A stretch of DNA of 64,000 bases. Source: Eledone cirrhosa. Its lineage: Eukaryota. A model generated the notes under the pieces. The model was not told the DNA's origin. It did no database searches and worked only from the letters and a program-made list of their open reading frames with translations. How positions within the stretch are numbered: the first letter of the stretch is position 1; the number at the start of each line of letters is the position of its first letter. The stretch is from contig OZ024745.1 of NCBI GenBank assembly GCA_964016885.1, positions 57,598,001 through 57,662,000 of the forward strand, read 5' to 3'. Position numbers and translations under genes: made by a program. Of this stretch, positions 61,314-64,000 are shown one piece after another.

Positions 61314-61591
61314 ATACACATATAATCACACATACTATATAGACACACATATATATACACACATACACGCACATATACATACACTTACATACTTATATAC
61401 ATACAGATATACACATACATACCTATATATACACACAAATACATACAGACATACATACATACATACAGACAAATACTTACGCATCCATATATCGGTATAT
61501 ACATACAAACACCACTACACTCTCACACAACTCAGACATACAAAGAAAAAGGTATATACCTATACACATATACATATACAAATAGAGAAAC

Positions 61592-61652
<61 letters not shown>

Positions 61653-61858
61653 CACATACACATATACACACATACACATACATACACATACATACATGTA
61701 CACACACATAGATATATATACACACATACACACATACACACATACATATATAGTCATACACACACATACACCTACACGAACATACACATACACATATATA
61801 AAGATATATATACACACACACACACACATACACACACACACATATATATAAAAAATAA

Positions 61859-61905
<47 letters not shown>

Positions 61906-62474
61906 CATATACATACACACATACATAGACATATATGTACATACATACACATACATACATACATACACACACATACATACATATATATATACACACATAG
62001 ACATATACATACATACACACACAACATACATACACACATATATACTCATACATAGAATTAGATATATATTCATACATACATACGCACTTACATATACTCA
62101 TATATACAAATACATACGCATCCATATATGCGTATATACATAGAAACACCACTACACCCTCACCCAACTCAGACATACAAAGAAAAAGGCATATACATAT
62201 ACATATATACACGCATTAATAGAGATATATATACACATATATATATATATATATATATACACATACACTTATATATATATACCCACACACACATACAACC
62301 ATAAATACACATACAAACACCCACATATACATATATATACACATATATATATATACACACACATAAAAAACAGACATGCACATATATATTTTTTTACACA
62401 TATATATACACATATATATACATATACACACCCTCACATATACACACATACACATAAGTTATATTATAATAATA

Positions 62475-62551
<77 letters not shown>

Positions 62552-62800
62552 CGAATATAGACATATATACACACATAGATACATATATATATATATACAC
62601 ATACATATACACACACACATACACACACTCACATATATATGTGTGTGCACACACACATATATACACATACACACATATACACATAAACACATATATGTGT
62701 ATACATGCACACACACACATATATCCACATAGATACGAAGATAGACATATAAATAGAGAGACATACATATATATACACACACACATATACATACATACAT

Positions 62801-62883
<83 letters not shown>

Positions 62884-62965
62884 CACACATACACATACAC
62901 ATATATATACACATGCATATATACACATATATATATACATACACACATATATATACACACACAAT
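61070..62965. repeat. Compound (CA)/(TA) microsatellite with a diverged internal duplication (about 61476-61575 and 62115-62205)
   Basis: TACGCATCCATAT...ACACCACTACAC.CTCAC.CAACTCAGACATACAAAGAAAAAGG occurs twice. Confidence 0.85.
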
Positions 62966-64000
62966 CTTACATTCTTATTTGCATGCGCATATATGTATTT
63001 TTATATTCAGATATAAATACCCAAACATATATACACCTACCTACATATATATTCATACATACACGCTTACAAACACAGATGATAATAGTATGGGGGAAAG
63101 GGGGGGGGTTCTAGAAGGGGATTATAGTAAATATATGTTTCAAGAAACATAGAATATTATCCGTATCTGGATCCAATGTATGTTTTTACATAGTTTCAGT
63201 GTTAGGAAATACAATAAACAAGAAATAAGGCAAAATTTATGCATTTCAAAATAAATAAGTATACCATTAATTATATGTTAACTAAACTAAAGATAGTTAA
63301 CATATTGATTTCTAAGGTGTAAATTAGTTAGGTTTATAATATTTGAAGCAGAATTTTGAAGTTAAATAGTAGTAGAGTATTAATTATAGTATAACTAAAT
63401 TAAAGTTAATAACGTTATGGTATCAATATTAGGAAATGAATTTAGTAATAGGGAAAAAACAAATAAAGTATTACATCGGTAGTAGAATATAAATTATAGG
63501 TTAACTAAATTAAAAATTATATATTTATTTCTATAGTATATGTTAATTAGGTATATAATAAATAAAACAGATATTGTATTTTATCAATAGCAGAATATAA
63601 TTATATGCAAATAGAAATCAAAATTAATACATATACATATACATATACATACACATATATATATACATATATATACATATATATATATATATACACATAT
63701 ACAAACACATACACATACACATACATATATACATATACATATTTTTTCAAAAATTGCAAAGAATATATTAACTAGGTATATATCCAAAACACATCCCATT
63801 CTATGATTACATGACATTCTGCAATTCGTCTGTATAAGGATACTAATTTTAAGCCAATTAAATTAAATTTTTAGGTTGACTAAATTTAAAACCAAATTAT
63901 AAATATATTTCTAAAATGTATATTAATTAGGTCTATAATACTAAAAATTATTTCTCTGTCATTCGATACACGATATTTTGTTATATTTTATCTGTAAAGG

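Overview
AT-rich animal genomic DNA. An octopus/coleoid origin is inferred from the tRNA-derived Meta-type SINE and the very large (TA)n/(TATATATAC)n fields. No intact host gene is recognisable. The window is dominated by Penelope-like retroelements (PLEs), mostly Naiad-type (SLKNIP, TLKDHK, MGxxD, YRDD, FNPP, CNCR and GIY-YIG motifs). They comprise one near full-length decayed copy (9820-16002, nested in a Helentron-associated HINE-like element), two 5'-truncated copies and several fragments. Also present: a mariner remnant, Tx1/L1-like LINE pieces and SINEs. The main signal from manual reading is that most non-microsatellite islands in the (TA)n fields are short, often fold-back, PLE 3' ends. 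They carry minimal type-I hammerhead ribozyme (HHR) motifs from about a dozen sequence-unrelated families. Recurrent variants are a U3-A8 covariant core, a U.U pair closing stem II, an extra nucleotide after A9, and stem II extended up to about 115 nt. All ribozyme and family calls are manual, with no database search or folding run. The many IY/YI/CV-rich ORFs are microsatellite artefacts.
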